Assembly (NCBI GenBank): GCA_964392315.1
Contig: CAYMOT010000004.1
Coordinates: forward strand, 1,981-65,980
Direction of reading: 5' to 3'
Source of the DNA: an uncultured Candidatus Saccharibacteria bacterium
GTDB taxonomy: Bacteria; Patescibacteriota; 4484-211; JAGQKX01
Length of the DNA: 64,000 bases
Shown here: in pieces, positions 1-9,055 of the stretch
How positions within the stretch are numbered: position 1 is the stretch's first letter
How the letters are laid out: every line of letters starts with the position of its first letter
Notes under the pieces: generated by a model
Told to the model about the DNA's origin: nothing
The model's input: the letters and a program-made list of their open reading frames with translations, nothing else
Database searches by the model: none
Program-made: the position numbers and the translations under genes

Positions 1-4
1 AGAG

Positions 5-1096
5 ATGTCAATTGATGAAGAATCATTGCCAGAGAAATTTTCTCTTCTTCTTACGCTCCGAGTATTGGCAGGTCTCGTAATCTGCGTTATAGCAAATGGG
101 ATTTTGATATTTTTGCCATATAGTAATGGCATCAAATTCGCGATTGTCTTTGGTACATTGACTATTTTTCTCCAGTCGCTTTTCGGTGCCGCAAATGGAT
201 TGTTCCAAGTCCGTTTGCGGTATGACCGGCAATTATTGTCAAATATTCTCGGTGGTATCGTTGGACTCATTAGTTACTATCTCAGTATACGATTAGGATA
301 TGGTCTGTATGGACTCATTGGTGCATTTGTACTAAGTGCTGCTAGTATGGCAGGTCTTAATATATGGTTTGCGAGTAGGTGGGTGCCATTACGGCTTCAT
401 TGGGATCAGCAAAAAGTTTGGAAGCTGGTGAAAGAAACAATTCCGCTTGGTGTTGTTATTCTATTTTCGCTTGCTATCTTCAAGATCGATTCGATTTTTT
501 TATCACTTCTCACAGTTCCACATGAATCTAATGCCTACGCCGTTGGTGTCTATAATTTGGCGTATAAGATATTTGAACTGATCATCGTTATTCCTGCTTT
601 TTTTATGAATCCTGTGTACCCGGTTATGGTCCGTCGTCTCAGCGAGTCATTTGAATTATTTGTGCATGTGGTGAAGCGAGCATATACATTTTTAATTGTA
701 AGTTCGATTTCTGTTGTAATAGGGATTTATGTGTGTGCTCCTTTTTTGGTTGGAATACTTTCTGATAATAATGAGAACTTCAATGATGCAGTGTACATTG
801 TGCGAATTTTGTCAGCTTTTACACCAGTATTTTTTACCACGTCGTTATTAATGTGGATTCTCGTGACGTTTCGAAGCCAAAAGTGGTTAATGCTTATTTA
901 TGGCATTGGATTAAGTTCGAATATTATCCTGAACCGTCTATTTATTCCACAATATGGGTATTGGGCGGCTGCAGTAAATACGGGCATTACTGAGGTTATA
1001 CTTCTGTTACTTTTGGTGATTTTTGTATACCGTGAATGGCGTCGCACTAAGGTTATATCTGCAGTACCTTCTGATAAACTTCCTCAAAGCGTTTAG
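5..1096 (+). CDS. Polysaccharide biosynthesis / oligosaccharide flippase family membrane protein (Wzx/MOP-like). 5' end truncated by the window edge.
   Basis: Multi-TM hydrophobic protein with the architecture of MOP-superfamily flippases. It sits in a glycosyltransferase/O-antigen-ligase neighbourhood. The ORF runs from the window start. Confidence 0.5.
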   Translation: MSIDEESLPEKFSLLLTLRVLAGLVICVIANGILIFLPYSNGIKFAIVFGTLTIFLQSLFGAANGLFQVRLRYDRQLLSNILGGIVGLISYYLSIRLGYGLYGLIGAFVLSAASMAGLNIWFASRWVPLRLHWDQQKVWKLVKETIPLGVVILFSLAIFKIDSIFLSLLTVPHESNAYAVGVYNLAYKIFELIIVIPAFFMNPVYPVMVRRLSESFELFVHVVKRAYTFLIVSSISVVIGIYVCAPFLVGILSDNNENFNDAVYIVRILSAFTPVFFTTSLLMWILVTFRSQKWLMLIYGIGLSSNIILNRLFIPQYGYWAAAVNTGITEVILLLLLVIFVYREWRRTKVISAVPSDKLPQSV

Positions 1097-3152
1097 TGAT
1101 GACGTCTTCTATATTCTCTTTGCTCGCTTTCTGGTATGCCTGTATTGCAAGTTGTTTCCGTAATGTAGCGTCGGAAACCAGAGTATAAAGTGCTGCCCCC
1201 ATTTCTTGAATGGATGCCTCCACCAAAATGCCTGTTTCATTATCCACAATAAATTCAGGTGTGCCACCGGTATTGGTAGCAATAATTGCATTTTTTGCCA
1301 ATGCAGCCTCTATGACCGACGTTGCGTATGGTTCGTCTTCTATAGACGCATGGACATAGATATCAAGCAATGCGTACCATTTTTCTATTTCTTCATCGAA
1401 CCCAGCGACATACACTTGCTCAGAGAGGTGATACTCATTTATTTTGTTTTTAAGTGGTCCCAATGCAGGTCCGGTTCCGACAAAGACGAGTTTTGTCGGT
1501 GGGAGAGAGGTATGCCGTAACATGGAGTGGTACGCGTCAAGAAGAAGTAGTGGTCCTTTCCAGTCAATAATTCTACCGATAAAACCGATGACGAGGGTAT
1601 TTTGTGTAAGTTTGAGTGTTTCTCTGAGCGCATGCAGTTTCTCGGGAGGTTGTGCGGCAAGTCGTGTTTGCATATCAGAGCCAACATAAATCACCGTACT
1701 TTTTGGAGAGGACAGGGGGTAAAATTCTTTGATATGCGTAGATACGGCGATATAGGCATCTATGACTGGATTGAGTAATTTAAGTAACCTACGTGAGTAC
1801 ATATAATCTCTGACAATAAGCACACACCGTGTTTTCGTAAATGCCAGCAGTGGTGCGCAAAAATATAAAGCTCGTTCGGTATTTATTACAACGAGATCAG
1901 GTCTTTCGCTGCGTAGAATTCGGATCATTGCAAAAAAAGTTCCAGGTAATGTAAAGAGTGAAGGGACGCCACTTTTGCGGAGTTTAGGGAATGACACTTC
2001 GTGTACTTTTACTGCTAATGCCTCAAATTTTTTAGAAAATTCTGGAAATAAGTCAGATAAAATGACCGCAATGCCAAAGCTGCTGCGGTTAATGTATTGG
2101 AGGTGTCTCAGGAGTGCAATTTGTGCACCACCAATGAGCGGCAGATGGTCTACAAATAACAACGTAGGTTTTCTACGTGGTAGTTTGTCCCTGTACTGCA
2201 GTTTTCCGACCTGACGATAATAAAAGGCGATAGCCTCCAATACCGCAATTTTTAAAGACTTTTGTGTTATGACATGTTTCACCAAAACTGTTGGTGTTGC
2301 GAATATGCGCATGATGATATTAATTGTTGTTTGCTCAGGCTCATTGTGTGTGCGTTTGTAATAGACGGCTCCCGCACCTCGATTCTTTTGCTGTTGAATA
2401 AATCGTCTCCAGGTATATACCGCAAGATGGGTTGCTCGCGTGGGTGCAAACACGCACTGAGCATTATGTGCAAGTAGTCTTTCTTTCAGGTTTGAGTCTT
2501 CACCGTATACAAAGGGAGGATATTCTTCGTTAAAGCCATCGAGCTGTTTCAGGATATCAAGTTTATATGAAATATTACCGGTGTAGGCAGGGTGTTCGTC
2601 TACGGATTCTGAAATGTAGGGTTCTGGAAGTTGTTTGTAAAGTTCAGCCGGTTTACGTGGAGTTGGAAATACGTTTCCATAAATAACCAGATCATAATAA
2701 GCATAAGGGTTATTAAAAGCAAGCTCAAAGGGCGGTATACATATTCCCCCTACACACTGTGCATCAGGAAAGCTCTGATACACTGCAGTGAGCTCCTCAA
2801 AAAGATCGGGAGGTGGAACGACGTCATCATCGCTTATGTAGATAATATCTGGTATGTGTTTGGTTTTCCCCTGATCTGCGGCTTTCCAGCCTATGTTTCT
2901 TCCCTTTGCAGCACCAATATTTCCGAGATTGTGGTTTATATAGGTAAAGGTAATATCGTGTGTTTCCAATGAAGCTTTGTATGCAGCTACCTCGTTATCA
3001 GTCAAGTTAAGACCGCTATCAACTGCAACAATTTCAAACAGAGAATGGTCATATGTTTGACGACAATAACCTTCGAGAGCTTTTTGAAAAACATCACGTC
3101 TATCTTGTTGCTCCTGGCCACGAGACAAGACAATAACTACAGAGTAGGTCAT
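1053..3152 (-). CDS. Bifunctional glycosyltransferase: N-terminal GT2 (family 2) domain fused to C-terminal GT1/GT4 domain.
   Basis: N-terminus reads 'SVVIVLSRGQEQ...' with a DxD-type region ('YISDDD'), typical of GT2. C-terminus carries the GT4 signature 'GGTPEFIVDNETGILVE'. The ATG is at 3152; the track start at 3167 is a TTG. Confidence 0.6.
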   Translation of the reverse strand: MTYSVVIVLSRGQEQQDRRDVFQKALEGYCRQTYDHSLFEIVAVDSGLNLTDNEVAAYKASLETHDITFTYINHNLGNIGAAKGRNIGWKAADQGKTKHIPDIIYISDDDVVPPPDLFEELTAVYQSFPDAQCVGGICIPPFELAFNNPYAYYDLVIYGNVFPTPRKPAELYKQLPEPYISESVDEHPAYTGNISYKLDILKQLDGFNEEYPPFVYGEDSNLKERLLAHNAQCVFAPTRATHLAVYTWRRFIQQQKNRGAGAVYYKRTHNEPEQTTINIIMRIFATPTVLVKHVITQKSLKIAVLEAIAFYYRQVGKLQYRDKLPRRKPTLLFVDHLPLIGGAQIALLRHLQYINRSSFGIAVILSDLFPEFSKKFEALAVKVHEVSFPKLRKSGVPSLFTLPGTFFAMIRILRSERPDLVVINTERALYFCAPLLAFTKTRCVLIVRDYMYSRRLLKLLNPVIDAYIAVSTHIKEFYPLSSPKSTVIYVGSDMQTRLAAQPPEKLHALRETLKLTQNTLVIGFIGRIIDWKGPLLLLDAYHSMLRHTSLPPTKLVFVGTGPALGPLKNKINEYHLSEQVYVAGFDEEIEKWYALLDIYVHASIEDEPYATSVIEAALAKNAIIATNTGGTPEFIVDNETGILVEASIQEMGAALYTLVSDATLRKQLAIQAYQKASKENIEDVITKRFEEVYQKVLQI

Positions 3153-3159
3153 TTTTACA

Positions 3160-4440
3160 GTGTACAATATACCTATGAGTTTTTATATTGTTTTTTATGT
3201 GATATTCCTGCTTTTGTATCCGCTTGGGAATCTTTCCCGCATACCTATAGGTGATATTGTTATTACCCTTAATGATGTGATATTGCCAGCCCTTATTGTA
3301 AGCTGGTGTCTGTACGCCCTTGTTGTAGAAAAGAGAGTGTTACTTCCACCGAAAGTGGTATTAGTGTTTTTGTTTGGACTAATAGCGATGATTTCTCTCG
3401 TTGCGGGTATGCAGTATTTGGAAGTTTCACAAATACTTATTTCTGCTCTTTACCTGATTCGATGGGCCGAGTATGCGGCGCTGTTCTTAATAACTTATCA
3501 TTACTTGCGGACAAGCACCGATCCTCAGAAAAAAATACACACACTTATTAACTATTTGCTCTATATACAGTTCGCATTTGTTTTATTTGGGTTTGTACAG
3601 CTTATGCTGTTTCCTGATTTTTCGAAATATGTTCAGCATGGGTGGGACCCCCACTATTATAGGCTTTTATCAAGCTTCCTCGATCCTAATTTTGCGGGAT
3701 TATTTCTTGTGTTTGGCCTTGTTATGAGTATTACACCATTGGTCTTAGGGGCATTCAAACAAATCCCTCGGATACTATTTATGTTCCTTGCAGTACTTTC
3801 ACTTGCGGGAATAGTAATGACGTTTTCGAGGAGTTCGTATCTGGCACTCGTTGTTGCAATTGGTGTGGTTGGATTGTTTGCGTCGCGCAAAATGCTCGTG
3901 GTATTCGTTTTATTTGCGTTAGTAATATTTTTGACGGTACCACGTGTGCAGACACGAGTGATCGGTGCACTTCAGATAGATGCAACAGCGTCTCTACGTC
4001 TTGATGGTTATGCGAAAACATTCGAGATTATCAAGAAATATCCAGTATTTGGGGTAGGTTTTAATGCATTTCGTTATGCACAAGATCGTGAAGGATATTT
4101 CCGTGACCCACGGGGGGTGAATGATTATGGTGGTCATGCCGGCGCAGGATCAGATTCAAGTATATTGTTCTTGCTCGCTACTACTGGCCCAACTGGATTA
4201 ATTGTGTATCTTGTGCTATGGGGATGGGTTGGTATTGACGCATTGAGGTTGTTTCTTTCGAAAAGTGCCTCGGTAGATTCACGATCACTTGGTTTGATAT
4301 TTTTCGCTATGCTTAGTGCAACTTTTGTGCATACACAATTTGTAAATTCTATATTCTTTCCATGGATTATGGCATGGATGTGGGTCTTATTAGCAATGAT
4401 GTATGCTTCACCGGACAAAAATAATGTCAAACATTTCTAA
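3160..4440 (+). CDS. O-antigen ligase/polymerase-like (Wzy_C domain) integral membrane protein.
   Basis: About 10 TM helices plus a periplasmic-loop region, as in the O-antigen ligase family. GTG at 3160, first ATG at 3175. Overlaps the upstream GT gene start. Confidence 0.5.
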   Translation: MYNIPMSFYIVFYVIFLLLYPLGNLSRIPIGDIVITLNDVILPALIVSWCLYALVVEKRVLLPPKVVLVFLFGLIAMISLVAGMQYLEVSQILISALYLIRWAEYAALFLITYHYLRTSTDPQKKIHTLINYLLYIQFAFVLFGFVQLMLFPDFSKYVQHGWDPHYYRLLSSFLDPNFAGLFLVFGLVMSITPLVLGAFKQIPRILFMFLAVLSLAGIVMTFSRSSYLALVVAIGVVGLFASRKMLVVFVLFALVIFLTVPRVQTRVIGALQIDATASLRLDGYAKTFEIIKKYPVFGVGFNAFRYAQDREGYFRDPRGVNDYGGHAGAGSDSSILFLLATTGPTGLIVYLVLWGWVGIDALRLFLSKSASVDSRSLGLIFFAMLSATFVHTQFVNSIFFPWIMAWMWVLLAMMYASPDKNNVKHF

Positions 4441-5695
4441 TAAAAACTTGGAGAATTTTCTGAAAGTACTCATAGGGATAACAATCCTTTTCGCGCCGTT
4501 ATATGTCATTCGTTGGCGGCTGTTTGATGTGTTGCCCACCACGCTGCTCGAAATACTTATCCTTGCGATGTTTGCCGTTTGGGTTACACTACGCATCAGC
4601 TTGCGTGATTTTTCAATACCCGCACCTCAGTTTAGTATTCCCGTGTTTCTAATAGTTCTTTCTTCAATAATAGGGGTAATCGTAGCCGAAGATCGTGTAG
4701 CAGCACTGGGGATTGCCCGTGCATATATTTGGGAACCAGTTATTGTCTTTTATATTACTGCTGATGTTATTAAAAAAGGCTTAGTTACAGCGCATATTTC
4801 TACGCTTTTCCTCACAGTATATTTTATGTCGTGTGTGTGGATAGCACTTATGGGAATATTGCAGTATGTTTCTGGCCTATTTATTGTTACCCCCGATCAA
4901 TTTAATCGTGCCCATGCAGTGTTTAATAATGGTAATGCACTTGCCCTGTTTATTGGACCTGCTATCGCAGCAATCATAGGAATAGCCTTTCGTGATTATA
5001 GAAAAAAAATACCAGGTGTTAGGCAGCTTGCTATTACTTTTTGTGTGCTCCTCTTTGGGTTTATTTTCACATGGTCAACGGGTGGGTTCATTGCGTTGAT
5101 TTTGATGATACCAATTATCGTAATTTCGCAGTTTGCTTTCATTAAATATAACAAAGATATTACCAGCAGTCTGTTTCGTATCCTTGTTGCAGGTTCTTTA
5201 GGGTTTTCGGCCATGTTACTTATCGTATCTCCGTTATTGGCACACGAAGCAGTAAACCCTTGGGTGCGTGAAGGAGGTACCGCACAAATTCGTTTATGTT
5301 TGTGGGAAGGAACAGCACATCTTTTGAAAGAGAATCTTGTGTTAGGAGTAGGCCTTTCTGGGTTTAAAGAAGCATATGCATCTACTTACTATACGTGTGA
5401 TGCAGAGCCACTTGAGTATCCGCATAATTTTTGGATGACAGTAATGGCGGAATTGGGTGCTCTTGGGGTACTTGGTTTTGTATGGCTCTTCTGGGTTGCA
5501 TCAAAGTATATGTCACGCGAACGCATTAGTTTCGGAATAAGTCTTGCTCTGTCATATATTTTGTTACATGGACTTATTGATGTTCCATACTTTAAAAACG
5601 ATCTGTCAGTACTATTTTGGATGCTCTTGGCACTTTTAGTAACAAGTGGCTCTACAGCTACTACCGTAACTTCTCCAAAGCGTATCTCTTCTTAG
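4403..5695 (+). CDS. Second O-antigen ligase family (Wzy_C) membrane protein, a paralog of the upstream gene.
   Basis: Multi-TM protein. The 'HNFWMTVMAELGALGVLGFVWLF' region resembles WaaL/O-antigen ligase loop-helix motifs. Overlaps the stop of the previous gene. Confidence 0.5.
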   Translation: MLHRTKIMSNISNKNLENFLKVLIGITILFAPLYVIRWRLFDVLPTTLLEILILAMFAVWVTLRISLRDFSIPAPQFSIPVFLIVLSSIIGVIVAEDRVAALGIARAYIWEPVIVFYITADVIKKGLVTAHISTLFLTVYFMSCVWIALMGILQYVSGLFIVTPDQFNRAHAVFNNGNALALFIGPAIAAIIGIAFRDYRKKIPGVRQLAITFCVLLFGFIFTWSTGGFIALILMIPIIVISQFAFIKYNKDITSSLFRILVAGSLGFSAMLLIVSPLLAHEAVNPWVREGGTAQIRLCLWEGTAHLLKENLVLGVGLSGFKEAYASTYYTCDAEPLEYPHNFWMTVMAELGALGVLGFVWLFWVASKYMSRERISFGISLALSYILLHGLIDVPYFKNDLSVLFWMLLALLVTSGSTATTVTSPKRISS

Positions 5696-5745
5696 GAAAA
5701 GTCACTTCTTGGGCATGAATTTATGAATGATTACTGCTGAAAAGC

Positions 5746-6546
5746 TTATTGCACTTCAGGAGCTGGTTGCGATTGTTCTTCAGAAGCCTCTTTGATGATA
5801 GTGAGTGTGATGGTTTTTTGATTATTGGCTTTGTCTGAGGCGACAATCGTAAAGACATTCTCTCCATCCTGTAAAGTGACAAGCCGAGTAAAGTCACCTG
5901 TTGTCGCGTTTACAATGACTTGCACTTCGTTAATAGTTACCTTTGCTTGCGTCTCTGTAGTGCCAATTATGTCGATCGTGTTTTCTTTGGTAGTAGTGCC
6001 GGGGGCTGGGCTTATAATTGATATTGTGGGTGGGGTTATATCGTATACTACAATCTGCTTGTTCGATGCCTCGCTTTCTGTGTCATTCTGGATAGTTTTG
6101 GCATAGATTACATTCTCGCCCTCTTGTAGTTTTAGGTCCTTTACTACAAAGTTTCCCGATGCGTCAGCGAGAACGGTTACTTGTTTGGTCTCATTAATAT
6201 AAATCGCAATATCATGCCCTGAAGGTCCGGTGCCAGATATGGTAACTTCCTTAGGGTCGCGGATGGTTGAGGGCAGAGGATTTAACCGAGGGGTTATGAC
6301 GGTGATTTCGGGGGTTGGCTGTATTTGTTCCGGAACATCTGCACCAAACTGATTCCATACTGATCCAAGTTGTACGATAAGTGGTACGCCCCATATATAG
6401 AGCCCAACAGCCAGTCCGATGACCAAAACTGCAGTAAGCATGAGCTTTTTATAAATTGCGACTTCCTCATCTCTTGGGGAGGTGGGAGGAATGTATGTGT
6501 ACTTTTTGGATCTGTCCGATTTTCTGTTTCTAAATTTATTGATCAT
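5746..6546 (-). CDS. Membrane-anchored protein with bacterial Ig-like (Big) beta-sandwich repeats.
   Basis: Basic N-terminus and one TM helix (LMLTAVLVIGLAVGLYIWGV). Extracellular part has repeated T/V-rich beta-strand segments ('TISIISPAPGTTTKENTIDIIGTTE'). ATG at 6546; the TTG at 6561 gives a longer alternative. Confidence 0.4.
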   Translation of the reverse strand: MINKFRNRKSDRSKKYTYIPPTSPRDEEVAIYKKLMLTAVLVIGLAVGLYIWGVPLIVQLGSVWNQFGADVPEQIQPTPEITVITPRLNPLPSTIRDPKEVTISGTGPSGHDIAIYINETKQVTVLADASGNFVVKDLKLQEGENVIYAKTIQNDTESEASNKQIVVYDITPPTISIISPAPGTTTKENTIDIIGTTETQAKVTINEVQVIVNATTGDFTRLVTLQDGENVFTIVASDKANNQKTITLTIIKEASEEQSQPAPEVQ

Positions 6547-6650
6547 GTGTGTAGTATGCAAATATTACAAATAAGCAAATAGACGAATAAACAAATCTAT
6601 TTATATTAAATCTGCTTATTGGCTTATTTGCATGTTTGCTTATTCTCCCT

Positions 6651-6726
6651 TGGAGCCGATGGTCGGGTTCGAACCGACGACCTGACGCTTACGATGCGCC
6701 TGCTCTACCAGCTGAGCTACATCGGC
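6651..6726 (-). tRNA. tRNA-Thr (anticodon CGT), CCA encoded.
   Basis: Reverse complement reads GCCGATG-TA-GCTC-AGCTGGTA-GAGC-A-GGCGC-ATCGTAA-GCGTC-AGGTC-GTCGG-TTCGAAC-CCGAC-CATCGGC-T-CCA. Clean cloverleaf with anticodon loop AT-CGT-AA. Confidence 0.8.
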
Positions 6727-6959
6727 ATGTACAACTATTTACCTATTAAAATGATAAAAATGCGGTAAATGTCCTCACTCTCTACTATTTATATAACTTC
6801 TACTGTTTCTACGAAGTTCCTTCCAATTTTATCCTACTTTCCTCGGCTTTGCAGCAGGCATCTCCGTTAATTTACAATTAAGCAGTAACCCTTTAAAATG
6901 ATTTAGACGAAGCCTGGCAAATCAGTGGTACATTGTGTTTTAGTTGATATACGTAATTT

Positions 6960-7904
6960 ATGTACGATCTTATTATCATCGGCGGTGGGCCTGGTGGTGT
7001 TGCAGCAGGCGTATACGCGGGCAGGAAACTTCTCAATACACTTCTAATTACTGAATCCTTCGGAGGACAATCTTTAAATTCCAATGACATTCAAAACTGG
7101 ATTGGCACTTTAGCAATTACCGGTTCGGAGTTGGCAAAGCGTCTCGAAGAGCATGTTCGTGCGCAGGAAAGTCTAGAGATTAAGGAATATTCTCGTGTTT
7201 CCCACATTGAAAAAGTAAATGTTCCTGAGTATGCATTACCGGTATGGGATGTATCAGTGGGAGACTCAGTATATCGCTCAAAGGCGGTAATAGTGACATC
7301 CGGTGGCAGACGTCGAAAGCTAGAAGTGCCAGGGGAGAAAGAATTTGAAGGCCGTGGTGTTGTGTATTGTTCAACGTGTGACGCGCCGCTCTTTAAAGAT
7401 AAGGATGTGGTGGTCGTGGGAGCGGGAAATGCGGCAATGGAGGCAGTCGTTGATGTTGTCTCGTATGCCCGAAACGTCACGCTCCTCATACGAGGAACAG
7501 TATTTAAGTGTGATACCGTGACCAAACAAAAGATACTCGATTTTGAGCGGGACGGTCGTATCTCGGTTATTTTCCAAGCAGAAACAACCGAAATTATTGG
7601 CGATGTTTTTGTAACGGGTATTAAATATCTTGATAAGGAACACAATAGAGAGAGAGAGCTAGCGGTTCAAGGAGTATTCGTAGAAATAGGATCTATTCCA
7701 AACTCAGACTTTGTAAAAGGGTTAGTCGATATGGACGAACATGGACATATCATTATTGACCATCGTACGGGGGAAACATCTCAGCAGGGAATATTTGCTG
7801 CTGGTGCTGTCGCAGACCAATTATATGACCAGAATAATATTTCGGTTGGTGACGCAATTAAGGCGACGCTAACGGCAAATAATTACATCGTTCACTTTAA
7901 ATAA
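6960..7904 (+). CDS. trxB: Thioredoxin-disulfide reductase-like FAD/NAD(P)-dependent oxidoreductase.
   Basis: N-terminal FAD motif IIGGGPGG, redox-active CxxC (CSTCDAPLF) and a second NAD(P)H GxGxxA motif (VVVGAGNAAME). Size 314 aa is typical of low-molecular-weight TrxR. Confidence 0.65.
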   Translation: MYDLIIIGGGPGGVAAGVYAGRKLLNTLLITESFGGQSLNSNDIQNWIGTLAITGSELAKRLEEHVRAQESLEIKEYSRVSHIEKVNVPEYALPVWDVSVGDSVYRSKAVIVTSGGRRRKLEVPGEKEFEGRGVVYCSTCDAPLFKDKDVVVVGAGNAAMEAVVDVVSYARNVTLLIRGTVFKCDTVTKQKILDFERDGRISVIFQAETTEIIGDVFVTGIKYLDKEHNRERELAVQGVFVEIGSIPNSDFVKGLVDMDEHGHIIIDHRTGETSQQGIFAAGAVADQLYDQNNISVGDAIKATLTANNYIVHFK

Positions 7905-7939
7905 ACAAATGATAATCAAAAATTTGTTTATTTATTCTT

Positions 7940-9013
7940 ATGGATTTTCCGTTATTTTCTACAAAAACCTCTGGTATAACACAAACATTTGACCTTGATT
8001 CTCCGGTTGGCAGACATGAGTATTTCCAAGCAAAAGCAGGTAAAGAAATTGAATTTCTTAAGACCTATCTTGATGAGGGTAATTCGTTTATCAGTTTCTG
8101 GCTTGCCAAAAAAGGCGCAGGAAAGGGTACCTATAGCAAGATGCTTGCGGAAGTACTTGGCGAGCATCGAGTAGCTCATATTTCCGTTGGGGATATTGTG
8201 AGAGCGGTTCATGCCTCAGCGAATGATCAAGAGGCACATGCTGAATTGCTTGACTATTTGAAGTCACATTATCGAGGGACTTTTACGATAGAACAAGCAA
8301 TCGAGGCTTTACTCAACAGAACAACAGAAACCTTACTGCCGACTGAATTTATACTAGCATTGGTAAAGCGTGAGGTTGAGAAGTTGTCAAGGCAGGCTAT
8401 TTTGATCGATGGATTCCCCCGTGGATTAGACCAAGTTTCGTACTCTCTTTATTTTCGTGAAATTATGAAACTTGAAGATGATCCGGATTTCTTCGTATTA
8501 ATTGATGTGTCTGACAGCGTATTAAATGCGCGTATCCAGCGTCGTGTTGTCTGTCCCTTGTGTAAGCTTTCGCGAAATACAGCAACGCTTATCACCAAGG
8601 ATATTGAATATGAAGAAAAAACGAACACTTTCTCTCTTCTCTGTGAAAATCCGGTGTGTGAAGGTTATGGAACACAGCGGATGACGCAAAAAGAAGGGGA
8701 TGATTTGGGAATCGATGGTATTCGGCAGAGACTCGAAGCAGACCAAGCGACAATAGAGTATGCAGCTCAACTACAAGGAGTCCAGCATATTTATATTAGG
8801 AATTCCTACCCTGACGAGGTGGCATTTGATTATTTAGATGAATACGAAATCGCACATGAACATGTGTTTTCATATAACCCTGTTACACAAAAAGTTGAAG
8901 TGACAACGGTGCCATGGAAGATTACCGATAACAATGGCCAATCAGTGTATAGCGTTACTGCTCCAGCTGCAGTCGTTATGTTTTTGCGCCAACTCTATGA
9001 GTATTTGAAATAG
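7940..9013 (+). CDS. Adenylate kinase-family nucleoside-monophosphate kinase homolog with N- and C-terminal extensions (357 aa).
   Basis: P-loop 'LAKKGAGKGT', 'HISVGDIVR' (compare adk HLSTGDMLR), 'IDGFPRGLDQV' (compare LDGFPRT) and a zinc-ribbon LID 'RRVVCPLCKLS...CENPVCEGYG'. About 140 extra residues relative to canonical Adk. Confidence 0.5.
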   Translation: MDFPLFSTKTSGITQTFDLDSPVGRHEYFQAKAGKEIEFLKTYLDEGNSFISFWLAKKGAGKGTYSKMLAEVLGEHRVAHISVGDIVRAVHASANDQEAHAELLDYLKSHYRGTFTIEQAIEALLNRTTETLLPTEFILALVKREVEKLSRQAILIDGFPRGLDQVSYSLYFREIMKLEDDPDFFVLIDVSDSVLNARIQRRVVCPLCKLSRNTATLITKDIEYEEKTNTFSLLCENPVCEGYGTQRMTQKEGDDLGIDGIRQRLEADQATIEYAAQLQGVQHIYIRNSYPDEVAFDYLDEYEIAHEHVFSYNPVTQKVEVTTVPWKITDNNGQSVYSVTAPAAVVMFLRQLYEYLK

Positions 9014-9055
9014 TGTTTTGACAGCGGTAGTGGATCGCAGTAAAATTTTTATGTC

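Noticed and set aside
7091-7645. 184-aa and 90-aa minus-strand ORFs antisense to trxB.
   Set aside because: They are fully contained antisense within a well-supported gene, with Ser/Thr/Pro-rich low-complexity translation and no motif.
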